A DNA stretch of 64,000 nt, from positions 16,740,001-16,804,000 of the forward strand of contig OZ024751.1 of the NCBI GenBank assembly GCA_964016885.1, given 5' to 3'. Of the stretch, positions 44,023 to 59,212 are shown piece after piece; position 1 is the first letter of the stretch, and the number at the start of each line of letters is the position of its first letter. This DNA comes from Eledone cirrhosa (lineage: Eukaryota). The translations under genes were made by a program, and so were the position numbers. The notes beneath the pieces were generated by a model that did no database searches, was not told the DNA's origin, and worked only from the letters and a program-made list of their open reading frames with translations.

Positions 44023-44815
44023 TCGGTAAAAATAATATTAGTAATGATAATCTGTTTAGGGGTTTGCTGAAAAAATTCACATTCGTCGATATCCTGTTGT
44101 TAATAAACGGTTTATATGAAGTAGTTGAGAGTATTTACAGGGAAAACATCTCATTAGTTGTAAATAAAAGAAACACAAAATCCTGAATACTGCTGCATGA
44201 TATATTAATAGATAGAATAAGCTATTGCAATGTAAATTCCGCAGCAAGTGAAATATATAAGCTATATTGACGAAACTACAATCGCCAGTAGGTTTTGATG
44301 CATTTCTAATTATTTTCCTTTAAAATCATACGGTTAAATAGGATTTTCAGGAAGATAACGTATAATCTATAGCATTTTTGTTCTTGTTTTAGAAAGGTAT
44401 ATATATATATAGGTAAGTTATTCCGGGTTGAATCGGAGGTAACCACAGTAAGTAAGGTACTCAATACATAGCAGAGTATAACAATTTTAATTTATATATA
44501 TATATATATATATATATAAACGTTAGAATATGTGTAATAAGGCCAAGACAATGCAGGTATGGACATAGAAAAAAGAATGCAATAGTGAAAGATATTGATG
44601 TGAATTCGTCTTTCACCTTGAATTTATTTAAATGTCCTTAATTTTCGAGATAATATCTCTTCTTCGGAGGGAAGTAAATGTCTCAGACCAGCGTTTATAC
44701 CTCATTACACAATGCTTCAAGTGAACTATAACCTCCTCCTTATATATATATATGTAAATATATAGGTATATATATATATATATACATACATATATGTATA
44801 TATATATATATATGC

Positions 44816-45007
<192 letters not shown>

Positions 45008-45289
45008 ATAGGGAGAAAAAGACGATTATTAAGAAGAAAAATATATTTTTTTACTTTTTATTTTTTTCTCGTCTTTTTTCTGGGTTAGAAAATGTTTAAA
45101 ACAAAATATTTTACTTTGTGTGAAGTGTTGAGGTATTAGTTAATTTATTTTTAAATTAACAATGGCATTTATTTATTTATTTATATATTTAATAATTGAC
45201 TATTACCGGTTTCAGCATTTTATCCATTATCAAAAGGGGGGAATACGTATTGGTGTTAAATGGTGATGTTGAACATGTTAAGGAAATGG

Positions 45290-45605
45290 TGAGGAAAGAA
45301 TAATGTAATTTACAAACAAGGTTTTTGAAGTGAAAAGAAAACAGAAAAAAGGGGGTAATGTGGAACATAATAGGGTAATGGGACATAAACAAATAATATT
45401 ATTTATAGGCATAGTTCTTATTGGTACGATGGTTGAAAGAAGCGTTGTCCATGAATTTGTAAATGGGGAACATTTTAAAGTTTGGATGTTGGTTAGGTGC
45501 ACAATTGGCGATATGTTCACTATACGCAATCTTTCTGTATTCCTGTATTTTGATTTGTGATATATGGACGGTCATACAATGCCTACGGCAACGTATGACC
45601 ATCCA
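45290..45605 (-). pseudogene. Probable Penelope-like GIY-YIG C-terminal remnant
   Basis: [45 protein letters not shown] resembles the PLE endonuclease region (R..MTVH..QI...R....SEH...C). Confidence 0.55.
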
Positions 45606-45625
45606 TAGATCACAATATAGATACA

Positions 45626-45727
<102 letters not shown>

Positions 45728-46412
45728 CAATATCGGAGAAAGATTTTTAGCGATACTCCGGCCAAATTCCAACTCACTCAACAAACATTAGGAAATAAGT
45801 GATTATATTCCTAATTAAGCGTTCGGGGTGCTAACTAAAAGTATTGCGTAGAAAATTGTCTGTATTATTTCATTATAGGATTCCTACCATTTGGGTGAAA
45901 TTATACCAATTTATGTAGGAGCTTGTATACCATCACTAGATATATATTCAAGTGGGCTCCTATAATTCATCAGTGGGTGCCCCAATAATACTAATATTGA
46001 TAATCTAATCAACATCAGTATTTAGCGATAATCATCATCAGTGCCTGAGGTATCTGTCAGGTTGCTAGTCCAGCAGTTCTAAAGAAATGCTCAAACTGAT
46101 TCAAAAATGAGGAAGTAAATTACCGCCAAAAAAACAATACATGCGCATGACAATGAACTCTAAAAGGAATTCAGGCCACGTGCTATAACTCAATTGGAAT
46201 TTGAAAAAATATCTATGTGTGTACAACGTTTGATGACACACGCAGATATTTTCTCGGGCAAAATAACAGAATGAGATATAAGGAACAATCAATATTCATA
46301 TATAAAAAAAAATAAACAAAGAAAGTCTAACCTTATACAGGGAATTTCAAATCTGTTGCACCAAGAGTAAATAAATAAATACAATACCGGAGAAATCTTT
46401 TTAGCGATACTC

Positions 46413-46597
<185 letters not shown>

Positions 46598-46598
46598 C

Positions 46599-46699
<101 letters not shown>

Positions 46700-47136
46700 G
46701 ATATAGATATGTATATATATACATAAATATATATGTATATATGTATATATATACATATATCAAAAACCATTAAATTGCAGACTCCTGCAAGCGGAATTTG
46801 TCGATTTAGGATTTGCAGAAACCTAGCGCTGATGTTGTGTGCTGTATGTGATGTATATCGTGTGCTATACGTTATGCATTATATATTGCATTCAGTCTCA
46901 CCGTTTTGTCCAGATCAGTCTAAAATCTTTTCCTGGGTCCTGTATTTTCGTTGCTCTAGTGATGCGGCTGGACTGCCGATCGCTATATTTGATTTGCTAA
47001 GCTGTCTAAACGTATTTTAATTACTCATGGGTACTTTTCCCCATCCGAGTGCTAAAGCTACAGACCGAATTTGCATTCGTTAGCTTGGCCGCGCCCTAAA
47101 GCTTCGTTAATGCTGTACTAAAATTTGTATATATAT

Positions 47137-47210
<74 letters not shown>

Positions 47211-47768
47211 CGTAAAATAAGAAAATTATAAAATTAACTTACTTACTAAAATTTCACTCCAACTAATTAGTTTCTGAAAGGGAATAAACATAGTTTCCGG
47301 AGAAACGTACGGAGAAGCATTTCGTCATCAGGGAAGTCTATTCTCAGCTAAGTTTCCAGGCAATACGTGGACACAGGGAATTTATACAAAAATAATTCAG
47401 TGGATGGAAAAAAGCAAAGCGTGGACTAAATTCCAAGCCATTGAAAAAAATCACTGCCTACTGCGTCGGTGGCAAATTCAAAAGAATCAGTCAAGTGACA
47501 TCGAGGTCAATCAGTGAAGAGTGGTTTGTTAAGAAGACAGCAGCCGGACCGTTACTATAGTAGCAGTTTTGGCCAATTTTTGCTCGACAAAATAATTTGG
47601 AGATAATTATAAAGAATTAATATATCTAGTAACATATATATACACAGATGCATACCTATGCTAGCAAATATATAGGTTTTGTCTTAGTAACTTTGTGGTT
47701 CAATGCATGGGGATGCAGAACAATAATATGAGAGACGTAAAATAAGAAAATTATAAAATTAACTTACT

Positions 47769-47840
<72 letters not shown>

Positions 47841-48109
47841 CGCGCGTGCGCGCGTGAGTGTGTCTGTAGTGGTGGATGAATATGTGGTATAAAAGGAAAT
47901 GGCTTTGTTTGATGTGATGTGTTACCTTTGAAATGCTGGTAAATATCAAGAATAGAAAGGAATACAAATAGCCATCATTATCTCAGATAAAGTTTAACAC
48001 ATTGCTGTTCAATTAAGTTTCGTGATCGAAATGAAAAGAAATGAATCATACGATGATGAGGATGACGATGGCGATGATGTTGATGATGTTGATGATGATG
48101 ATGATGATT

Positions 48110-48140
<31 letters not shown>

Positions 48141-49184
48141 CATTGATTATGATGACGACAACATTAATGCATTATTTATAGATTTCTATCTTCTTTATTG
48201 CCAATCTAATTATTTTTAATGGCTCTCTAGGCTAATAATTACAACCCTTAATCCATTCAAGTAACAAAGGATTCTTCTAGAAGACCTCTTTCAAATCCTG
48301 ACAATAATATCCCCCGTATTAACAGGAAATTCTTCCAGCAAAATTCAAAATGTAAATTGGTAATGTTGCTATTTATTTCTTCAGCACAGATTATCCTTCT
48401 TATAAACTGTAAATTGGTTTTGAATAATTAATTGGAATTCAGACTGCAGCAAGAAAATAGGAATGGGACGATGGACTAGAAACCGGGGTAGCAAAAGCAA
48501 TATTTATATATCCCGTCTACACAACGAGACCACCGTCAAATACAAACAATATCACACACCATTCGTCTGACATCACATCCATCTGACAACAAACATCAAT
48601 ATGCCAACAACGAATGGAGAATCCAAACCTGGATATCAGATTCAAAAGCGAATTGTGTATGAATATCCCCTCAAGGCGAGTAAACATGTTAACTAAAATT
48701 ATTTCATTGCTCAAATAATTTAGAAATGTATTATTGTAATATATCTGACATTAACAAATAGGCTATATATTTAACCGGGGTGTACACTCGATTTCGATAA
48801 CTTTGGCATTCCATTCGTACTTAGTTTATCGACCCCAGAAGGATAAAACCAACGTCATCATTATTATGATTTATATTTAGAACGTAAACATGTGCAGTTT
48901 ATATATTATATAAAAGAGAGATGTTTATTGGCTGGTTTTCTGGTTTGTTGGCTAGTTGTTTGAATCACACGAAAACTACGCACACACGGACACACACACA
49001 TCTAAAGAGAGAGAAACACAGAGGCAGAGGCAGAAAGAGAGAGATAGACCGTTATGCAGAGAGAGATAAAATTAAAGTGTTAAATATTCAGAGTGAGAAA
49101 CAGATGGAGAGTAACGTCCCACTAATGTCTAGAAATGGCTTAAACTATAGATCCATTGATCTATCTATCTATCTATCTATCTAT

Positions 49185-49478
49185 CTAGGGCGGGTAAAAT
49201 TCCCGAGAACAATGGACGAGTCCTCTCCAGCGGTCTCCTACCCTCATTATCGCTGCCATGTCCCGCGTCTCCAACAGACCAGTGTCTGTCCTTAGGGCAT
49301 CAACATACGTTAACCTTGGTCTTCCTCTTCCAGTGTGTCCATGTAGGGGCTCCCACAGGAGCACTGAGTGCAATGCCAACTCTGGATGTCGGTGAGCATG
49401 TCCAGCTAACCTCAGTCTCCTCTGTGTCACTTTTGAGCTGACTTTTGGGAGGCTCCCATACAGCTCTGAGTTTTTCAT
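49185..49478 (-). mobile_element. RTE-type LINE 3' end (same family as 30430) with (TAGA)n tail
   Basis: [46 protein letters not shown]. Confidence 0.85.
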
Positions 49479-49959
49479 CTTCAGTGTATACTGATTAATG
49501 TTCAGTAGGAAGGTTTAAAAATACTGCGTTAGCTCTTATAAAGTCGTTTTACAGACTTTTGTTTTATAGAACAAAGAAAAATTGATACTATTTGAAATTA
49601 ATCTACCATCCAGCTTTTATCCATATACTAATTACAGACAGAACTTACGAAGCAAAACAATTCAGAAGCAATGTTATACGGGATATTGCCGTGTTTCAGA
49701 TGACGTCCTTTGGAGCTGAAAAAGATCATACTGACTATGGTTATTTCACAACATTGAAAACCCAAGGCCAATACTACAATTTAATCGGCATTTTACTCCC
49801 CCAGCCTAATAAGGTAGTTTTATGATTGTTTTCTTCTTATGTCTCTCTCTCTCACCCACACCCCCCAACACACAAATTACGGTCTCACCTGATACTGTAA
49901 ACCAGACAACAGATCCAATACAGTTGTTTTCTTTTTTATGCGTCTCCTCTTAACTATTC

Positions 49960-49988
49960 TTCCGGGCGAAGCCGGGTACTTCAGCTAG
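49960..49988 (+). mobile_element. Helitron 3' terminus (different family)
   Basis: CCGGGCGAAGCCGGG hairpin followed by TACTTCAG-CTAG|T. Confidence 0.6.
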
Positions 49989-51337
49989 TTAAATACTAAG
50001 GCAAATAAGTTGATCATATGTTGTTGAGATTTTAACCATGTTGTTAACGTTCTCAATTTCCTAGGTACATCTTATTAAATAATCAAACATTTTTTGAGGA
50101 GACATTAATGCTGGTCTTTAGCAATAACCACGAGGTGTACTACACGTGCCAACTGCAATAGCACCAAACAAGCATTAGAAACTATTCAACAAAGAGTGAA
50201 CGTAAACAAACTCAAAACACAAGTATCTGTGACATTACAATCGCTGCTGTTCATGTTCCACTAAGTAACATACAATAAATAAACAAAAAAGGCGAAAAAA
50301 CAACTAATTATCATTAATACCTGTGCTGTTGATACAACCTCTATAACAATCCTCACTAAACACAATACCACAGTAGCCAACAAGTTTGTCTATATGGGGT
50401 TCTTGCCCTACTCGGAAAAATCACCAAAATAACCCTTCAAATCACATCATTCCGTCTTAAAAAGGTAATAATAGTTTCTAATTGAGGCACTATGCTAGTA
50501 AAATCAATACAGTACTAGATTGATACTTTATATTATCGATCTCAGAAGGACAAAATGCAAAGTTAACCTAACCGGATTTGAACCCCAAACGTTAAAAGTT
50601 CTAACGAAATACCGTAAAGTATATTGTCCGACGCTCAAATGAATCTACAGCTCCACCCCACTATGTAATAGATATGTAGTTCTAGATATTACAATAAAGG
50701 CCTTATAGTTATGGCTCGAATAGCAACAACACACTAACGTTATTTCTGCTACTCCTATACCTTCCCATAGCAAATCAACCTCCATTCCTACCACACAAAT
50801 TAAGGATAACTTTAATAAAATCATAACATCTCTTGCTACCTTCACCATTAAAGCAATATAATTGGTAATACGACTTACAACGCAGCAGCAATTTCAGAGA
50901 AAATTATTTGGTGTTGAACTGAGCAGTGTAGATGTTGACATTGTATGTATGGATACGTAACACCTGGTGGAATCGTACTGCTGCCTTTATGATATACGGT
51001 ATGTATTGGGCATTTTAAGCCAGGCGGAACCCATCCTTTTTCGAGGATTGTTTTCGTCGAGGGGGATAGAAAACGTGGGGTTGGGGACCTAGTATAGCTG
51101 AAATATGAAAAAATAAAATAACGTTGACCTCAAAGAGATTTGAACTCAGAGGGCGCAGATAACTAGAACAGATACTGACGTTCTAACGACTGCAAATTCG
51201 CCGCCCAGATGACCTCAATTTTACTTGTAATCGACCAATCCGATATACGAAACAAATATTAGCAATTTTGATCTATTTTGAAGAAGAGAAATATATTTTG
51301 GGAGCAAATACAGATGTAATTGTTCGAACTGAATTAA

Positions 51338-51528
51338 ATAATTGTTTCTACTTTAGGCACAAGGCCAGCAATTACCCAGTGCATTACTGGTACTTTATTT
51401 TATCGACCCCGTAAGGATGAAAGGCAAAGTCAACCTCGGCGGGATTTGAACTCAGATTGTAAAGGGACGTAACTATGCTGGAAAGCATGGCGTCCGACCC
51501 TCTACCGATACTGCCAATCCACCGCCCT
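51338..51528 (-). mobile_element. SINE A copy; others at 13020-13170, 50475-50650, 56661-56728 (-) and 57312-57500 (+)
   Basis: Diagnostic motifs; close to consensus. Confidence 0.85.
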
Positions 51529-51611
51529 TAATTAAATAATATCAGGGATTTCCTAATTACAGTACAGTAATCAAAGACTCTTGTTTCGAGTTGATCATTT
51601 CCCTTGTGGTT

Positions 51612-52090
51612 TGTATTATTTGAAACATAGTCACTGGCTTATGTTCTGTTATATAGACCATCAGGTATGTATTATTTTTATCTCGAGTCATTCCCTAATA
51701 TTCCCTTATATATGCCATGATGCATTTATTATTTTAATCTATAGTGACTGGCTAATATTCTGTTGTATAGACCATAAGGTATCTATTATTTAAAACTATA
51801 ATCACTGGCTAATATTCTGTTATATGCACCATAAGGTATTTTAAACTATAGATTGGCACTTCCCCTCCCCCAAAATTGCTGGCCTTGTGCCTGTATAAGA
51901 AACCAATATTCTGTTATATAGACCATGAGGTATGTATTAGTTTAAACTATATTCGCTGGCTAACATTGTTATACGGATTTTGACGTATGAATTATTTTAA
52001 ACTCTAGTCACATCTAACATTCCGTGATACAGACCTTGATGTATGAATTATTTTAAACTCTAAGCATTGGCTAGTATTCTGTTATACTGA
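51612..52090. repeat. Degenerate ~56-bp minisatellite interrupted by a SINE tail (51855-51910)
   Basis: Recurrent ATTATTTTAAACTATAGTCACTGGCTAATATTCTGTTATATAGACCATAAGGTAT. Confidence 0.75.
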
Positions 52091-53325
52091 CATATTATAT
52101 CAATAACTTAAGTGTTCACCGATCTATCAAGTAAGATAACACTTTTTGAAAACACAATGTAAAGAAATGATGATTTCTATATTACTAAAATTAAAATGTG
52201 GCATTACTGATTTACGTTGAACAAAATAGCTTTCCCATAAGAATTACAAAACCACCACCGAGTTCTACAGCTTAAAACTGAAACACTGTATTCAGTATTC
52301 AACGGAGATGATTTATATTGGTTTTCTGTTTATGAAAACGGTAAATTGAAACTCCTCGTATATTAGTTGCATGCATTGTACTTATTTTCGAAGGATGAGA
52401 AAAATTGGACACCGGTGGAAATTGAATTCAGACCATAAGCACAAGTTAATGAATATATTTAATCCGTCACTATTGCCCTCTTTTCTGTTCTCTCCCATCT
52501 CTCTCTCTCCCTGCCTATTTCACTCTTTCTCTACCATTTTTGAGTTCTTATTTAACTTGGAAATAACGATTTGATAATGTGTTACATTCCTGTCTGAATA
52601 AAGGGTCTCAGCATCGATCTGTAAAAAATTAAAACAATTTGACGGTTTTTACCGCCCATCTACCTCCCTAAATCACGAAACTAGACTCGAGGGATATCCA
52701 CCATGAAACTTGCAGACTATTATAAACAGTATTATTTCTTTCTCTAATATCGTTTTTTTTTATGCATACATGTATTATGAAGTTGTATCACTGATATCTT
52801 TGAGGTAAAATTCGCGTATTTTTAGGAGAAATATTTTCAAATTGAATTAGGAAGCCCTGCGTGATTTCATTTTGCAGTGTACCACTTACCAATATGTCAT
52901 TCAATCCTAGTACTCAATGAAATTACTGTCTTTCAATAATGATTGCAGTTTTGTCTAAGTTGTCCACTTAAAAACAGCAATTATTGTCATGTACATAACC
53001 ATGCAATATTCTAATAAATCAATATATTAAATTACACAATAATTGAAATTTAATTCAAATTTACTGAAACGAGGATCCGTTGTTGAGAACTAACAGCAAT
53101 TATAACGAAATTAAGAAAACACGACCACACAAATATACACTACTATTGCAGCAATAGATTTCGTAGTCAAATGCTTATGGGTATAGATTTGAGTCAAAGA
53201 GCCGGTTTCAATTACGGGTGACGTCTATTCATTTACTTTGCAATCAGAAAGTTTTGGTAGAAACATAGTTGTAGTGGATTCTCCGTCAATGTCGACGATA
53301 AACACATGATTTGTTCGGCAAAGTA

Positions 53326-53573
53326 CTAAAGACGGCGGCTAGCTTCGGGAGGGAGCCCCATAAGGTGGTTTGGTTGTTTCAACGGATGTCTCTGGCCATT
53401 CTCCACGGTATAGCTTTTGCCGCGTTTTGTCCGTGGGGCACGGCTGTGCCATGACTCCGACTTGGGTGTAGCGTCTGTCCCTCCCCTTCCCTTTCTTTCG
53501 TTGCTTGATCCTTCTTTGTGTTTCTCCTTTTTCAGTTTATTTTTTCTTCCTCCAGTACAATCGGGATGTAATT
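53326..53573 (-). CDS. Possible terminal coding exon (basic, low-complexity tail) of an unidentified gene
   Basis: Unique GC-rich island; open frame ELHPDCTGGRKNKLKKEKHKEG...EASRRL* after a weak ttgcttcaAG acceptor; no family recognised. Confidence 0.3.
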
Positions 53574-55544
53574 CTTGAAGCAATATTTATTTTTTAAATG
53601 TATTCTGGTCCTTAATCTAAAAACTGTTTAAAAAAATAATTGTTAGAAACCTACAATTGTTCGCCCAACTGGCGATAACTTTTGAGTGGGTGAATATTCC
53701 ACACACATACAACCTCAACACAAATCTCAGGTCGAAGTAACGTGAGACAATGACGCAATATGACACAGTAGGACAAGACTACTGGAATGCAACTACAGCC
53801 CAGAGAAGATGAGAAATTCACAGAAATACAGCGAAAAAAAGAGTAAAAAAAGATGAGGAAAGTGACGAATCGAATTAGTGCAGGAATGGTAATTTATTTA
53901 TCGACCTCGAAAAGAATACTGTCAAAGCTAACCGCAGTGGGATTCGACATCAGATAGCAGAGAAAGGGAAAAAATGCCTAAGTCATTCTTTTCGAGGTGT
54001 TTTTGTTTCTGTTAGTTTACAAACTTGATATGGATGAAACAATAATCAGTTTTCTCAGAAAGGGAAGGAAGATAAGTTAGATAATTGGATTCGTAAATCG
54101 TGAGGTTGCGAGTTCGATTCTTCCCGTACTGGGCGATGCGTTATGTCCTTGAGCAAAACACTTTATTTCCCATTGCTCCTTCTGTCAGGAGTTGCGACCG
54201 GTAGATAGTATCACGAATGGAAAGTCAAATGGGAACATTGTTTCCTTAGTCCGATTTGACTCGATAAGCGAATCAGGCCTGGGATCTTCTTGATCGTCCT
54301 TAAAAAGAAAATATGCTTTGGGTGATAGATCTAACACTTTACATAGGTTTGGTGTTTCATCACCGGGAGATACTCCAATTTAAGTATTCCCGCACCTTTC
54401 CACCTTCAACTTTTATGAGGTCATTGACTTGCAGACGTTCTAGCTGAACATCATTCGCATCAAGTTTACAATTCCGAGAAAACATTGTAAGGTCATTACC
54501 GTTGTCTCTTCCTCACTAATTAACTTATAAAAATACACAGAGCAGTTATCGATTAAATGTTTTTTATCATTTGTTTGTTTGGTCTCAATTTTTATTTATT
54601 TTTAATAAATACAAAATCTAATGTGTCGTAACATTCATAGTATCGCCAAGTGTCGCGGTCGATTGTAGAAATAACAACAAGGAAATACACGTTGCAATAA
54701 ATCAATTTGTAAATAAATTAAAGAATCTGAGAAACACGCAAATACACTCGTACAGACAAACGAATACATGCGCAGAAAAAAAAACGTACAAAGGCGCAGA
54801 CAGACGCACATATACTTGCAGACAAAATCAGACACGCTGGAAAAACTTACACATGCGCAGACTAACACACAGGCACGCTGACAAAGGTACACATAAGGAG
54901 ACAAACCCACAAACACTCGCAGACAAACCCCCACACACAGGCAGACAAACGTACACACAAACAACCGTATGTACTACGCACAAACGTATTTCTGTAGTTC
55001 GAAAGAATAAAATTGATGTTTATGGCATTTACAAAGCTAATGCATTTGAAATAAATTAGTTTGAATTGATTATATAAAGCAACGCGTAGACATGTCACAG
55101 AGGGAACCTGTCTTTTTCCATTAAAACAATCACCATAAACTAATTAATTACTTAAATAATGATCGTCTTGGAGAGAACATAGGATACGCTTTTAATGAAT
55201 GGCTGTATAAAAGGAAACGAAAAGAAACAACCAGTCTATTGTCAGATTTGACCAATGGATCGATAGCAGGATGAAATGGGATTTGAACTCGGACAAGACA
55301 AATTATTCCGTTCGGCACTGGAACTTCGTACAATGTATCCCGCCTTTCATATACTGGAAAAAAAGATGAAAGTTCACCGGCAGGATTTGAACATAGAATG
55401 TAGGGAGACAGAAAACATGGCAAGCGATAGAACCTGCCACTCTATGAGCGTACAATAATATCAAAATAGTATAGTAGTTAACTGAGCCTTAGTGATGCTG
55501 AGGCACTGAACAGGAACACAATGATTGTCGCTTTCTTTCACACA

Positions 55545-55591
<47 letters not shown>

Positions 55592-55626
55592 GTGTGTGTA
55601 TATATATATATATATATAGACACACA

Positions 55627-55663
<37 letters not shown>

Positions 55664-56084
55664 GTGTGTATATATATATAGACAGACAGTGTGTATATAT
55701 ATATATATATATATATAGAAATGAAAGTATAGAAATTATTGTGAGCGTGAAGCCAACAGTATTTCATAATATATGACTATAACGACTATAACGTCAAAAT
55801 GGAAAATAATTAACGTAAGATGTGGGGAAAATAATTCAAATTCAAGTTAAAAAAAAATCAAGACAGATTTATCCATAGAATTTTGTGAAATCCATGGAAA
55901 AAAATCAAGAGCCTTAACTCTGAATAAAATAAAGTTTAAATACTCATCCTTCAATTTGTGAAAAACTTCAAATGCTCTATATAGTCTTAAAAAGACCATT
56001 TCACGAAAATTTCAGTGGGGATGGTCACGGTTGGAATCGTTTATCAGTAGAGCTCAACACGATAACGCTAAACCACTGCCAGAA

Positions 56085-56118
<34 letters not shown>

Positions 56119-56400
56119 ATATATATATAAAGAACAAATCGAGGTTTCACATTGAGGTTTCTATTGAATTACTAAGTTTCGTAACTGAACCTAAGCAATA
56201 AAAGGTTTGTTGTTAATGTATACACTCTGCTAATATTTGTACATTTCCCAGTAAACCACAAATCTACTGTATCACCCAATATACACACACACACACGTGT
56301 GTGTATACATTTATTCAAGTTTGCTGACTTTCAGGGGTTTCGGCCACAGTCGAACTTAATACAACACCCATCGAAGTCTTTAAATATATATATAATCGAC

Positions 56401-56438
<38 letters not shown>

Positions 56439-56800
56439 ATATTTTTTTGTTTTGGATCGATCGACTTTCGTCAAACAATGTTTCCGTTAGTCTTTCTAGT
56501 TGCTAATACAATCTATCGGTCGCAACTCCAGATAGGAGCAACGTAAAATAAAGTGTCTTGCACAAGGACATAACGCATCGCACTCACAACCTCAAGATTG
56601 TGAATCCAATTCTCTAATCACTCAGCCACACGCCTTCACCAGATATATATATATATATGTGTTTCTAATTTAGGCACAAGGCCAGCAATCACCCAGTTCA
56701 TTACTGGTACTTTATTTTATCGACCCCGTTATATAGTTATATAGTAAGGTGTATTATTATTCCATTCAAGGGAACAGATAGATGATGTACAGAGTATTAG

Positions 56801-57131
56801 TATCAAAATGAAAATCCGAAGGCAAGGTAAAATTTCCAATAATTTTAATCACGACACATGTTTCAATAAGGGATAGATCGATCGTGAAGCCATGATCAAT
56901 TATCATTGATCTCATCAGGTGAAAATGAATTGTCTTCAAATTCTTGATATAAGGGAGAAAATTAGCAATGTTCACTCAGTTTATTCCCTCATATCAAGAA
57001 TTTGAAGACAGTTCATTTTCTCCTGTTGAGTTCAGTGATAATTGATCATGGCTTCACGATCGATCTATTCCTTATTGAAACATGTGTCGTGATTAAAATT
57101 ATTGGAAATTTACCTTGCCTTCATTTTGATA
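56801..57131. mobile_element. ~330-bp fold-back element with a hammerhead in each arm
   Basis: Arms ~56801-56956 and ~56983-57131. Confidence 0.85.
56849..56922 (-). ncRNA. Type I hammerhead, intact core, GUC site
   Basis: Reverse complement TCAC CTGATGA GAT..ATT GAAAC ATGT GTC|GTGA; the plus arm (57019-57092) has CTGTTGA. Confidence 0.7.
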
Positions 57132-58280
57132 TATATATATATCGGAACGAGTAGGACCCCACTCTACTACCCAAAGTATTGAGTACTTTGGTGCGTTATG
57201 GTCCACCTGGTTCCTTACCACATTTCTTTCGTTATATATATATATATATATATTTATTAAAATAACAGATTAATGTTTAAGCAATATTTAATTATTATTT
57301 ATTTTAATAATTGGCGGTGAATTGGCAGTATCGGTAGAGGGTCGGACGCCATGCTTTCCAGGATAGTTACGTCCCTTTCCGATCTGAGTTCAAATCCCGC
57401 CGAGGTTGACTTTGCCATTCATCCTTACGGGATCGATAAAATAAAGTACCAGTAATGCACTGGCTAATTGCTGGCCTTGTGCCTAAAGTAGAAACAATTA
57501 TTTATTTTAATAACGTCTGTCATTTTCGTTCTACTAATTTATTTACATTATACTTAACTCTGAAACCCAGAATCATTCGGTTTCCTAAATAGAATATTAG
57601 TCAACTACTTCATTTATACCATAAACGTGGTTTTGTCTTTGCGTGTAATTGTTTTCACCGCTCCAAATAATGACGTAGTATCTTCGCTTTTTTTCGTGCA
57701 TTGTCAGGGAACGTATTCACGAACCAAAGTATCGTCTTCCTGTTTTCCTTCGGTTGCAATGTTTTTCGAAATACTTACTTTTGCGTTCACAGATTTTTTT
57801 TTATTTTTCAGAATATCCCGTTAAGGGAGAAAACAGCGATTCTTCGCTCAAACTTTAAGCTGTTATTTTAATAAATATTTGCTCTAGGGTTCTTATATAT
57901 TATATATTTATCCTTATCGAGCCCTCTTTGGATTTTAGACTTCACATTTATTATTATTACTATATATATATATAATTATAGCGACAGTCGATTGGCATAC
58001 ATGTATAAATATATCGACAGTCGATCGACTCTGTTCAAATCGGACCGAGGAAACAATGCTTCCGATTGCTAATATTATCGGTCGGAGCAACGTAAAATAA
58101 AGTGAGATGCTGGAGAACATAACGCATCACCCGGTCCGGGAATCGCACGCACAACCTCACTATTGCGAATCTAATTCTCTATCTACTCAGAAACGCGCCT
58201 TCACTATATGTATATATTTATGTGCGTATGTGTTCGGATCTAGCTATCGAAACGGCCGGAGCTCAGCCGTGGGGTCCTGA

Positions 58281-58319
<39 letters not shown>

Positions 58320-59173
58320 CATCTTACGCATTACTACCTACCACTACCACCACCAACATCATTCTTGTAGTGCAATCAAATATAGTAAAGGAGACTAATC
58401 GACAGTAATTGGAGTGAGGGATATAATGTTTGCTCTATTCATCTAAGCTCTATTTAAACTCCGTTCAAAATAAATCATAGAAAGATTAGAACATAGAGAG
58501 ATGGAATTCAATATGTAATAGTTTAATATTTACAACATCAATTTACTCACAAAATATTCATAAAAGATAAGTTTAATAATTTAACAAGTTTTAAGAATAT
58601 TTTGTCCAGAAAATATTTTTGTAAAATTTTGTTAAACATTAATGCGTATGATGAAAATAAAATAAACACCTTCTAGGTTATTTTATGCTGTAATTTCAAT
58701 TTTAGAGATTTAGATTGCTTCCTAAAAGAATTGTTTACACAAATCTGGATACGCATTGATAAAAATAACACGAATAAAAAAAATTTGGATTACAACTATT
58801 ACGTAAAATATAATATATTTGATATTGCAAATACATAAATAGGAGTATAAATACATATATGTGTGTGATTAAATAAATACATACATGTGTGTATATATAT
58901 ATATGTATCTTTATGGATATGTTTCTACCTATCGTCCCCTCTTACATAACTACAGAGAAAGGTAGAAATATTTCTGCATGAAATATATACACTCACGTAT
59001 ATACACACACATATATATACATGTATGTGGAGAAAAGTGTGTGTGTCTCTGAGATAAATAGAGATGGGAAACCGTAAAATAGGAAATATTCTTGGAAAAT
59101 ATAACACATATATCTGCATACATAGAAACACTCACGCATGAACTGTCCCTTCAATCTATCTAATTTCTCATTC

Positions 59174-59212
59174 TTTCTTCTGATGAAGGACTAGCGTCCG
59201 AAACGTTGACAT
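59174..59212 (+). ncRNA. Minimal hammerhead with intact core and loop-less palindromic stem III
   Basis: TTCTT CTGATGA A GGAC TAGC GTCC GAAAC GTT GA; stem I partly decayed. Confidence 0.65.

Noticed and set aside
48430-48714. Unique GC-richer island as a possible exon
   Set aside because: Stops in all plus frames and no convincing splice pair or homology; could be UTR but is unsupported.
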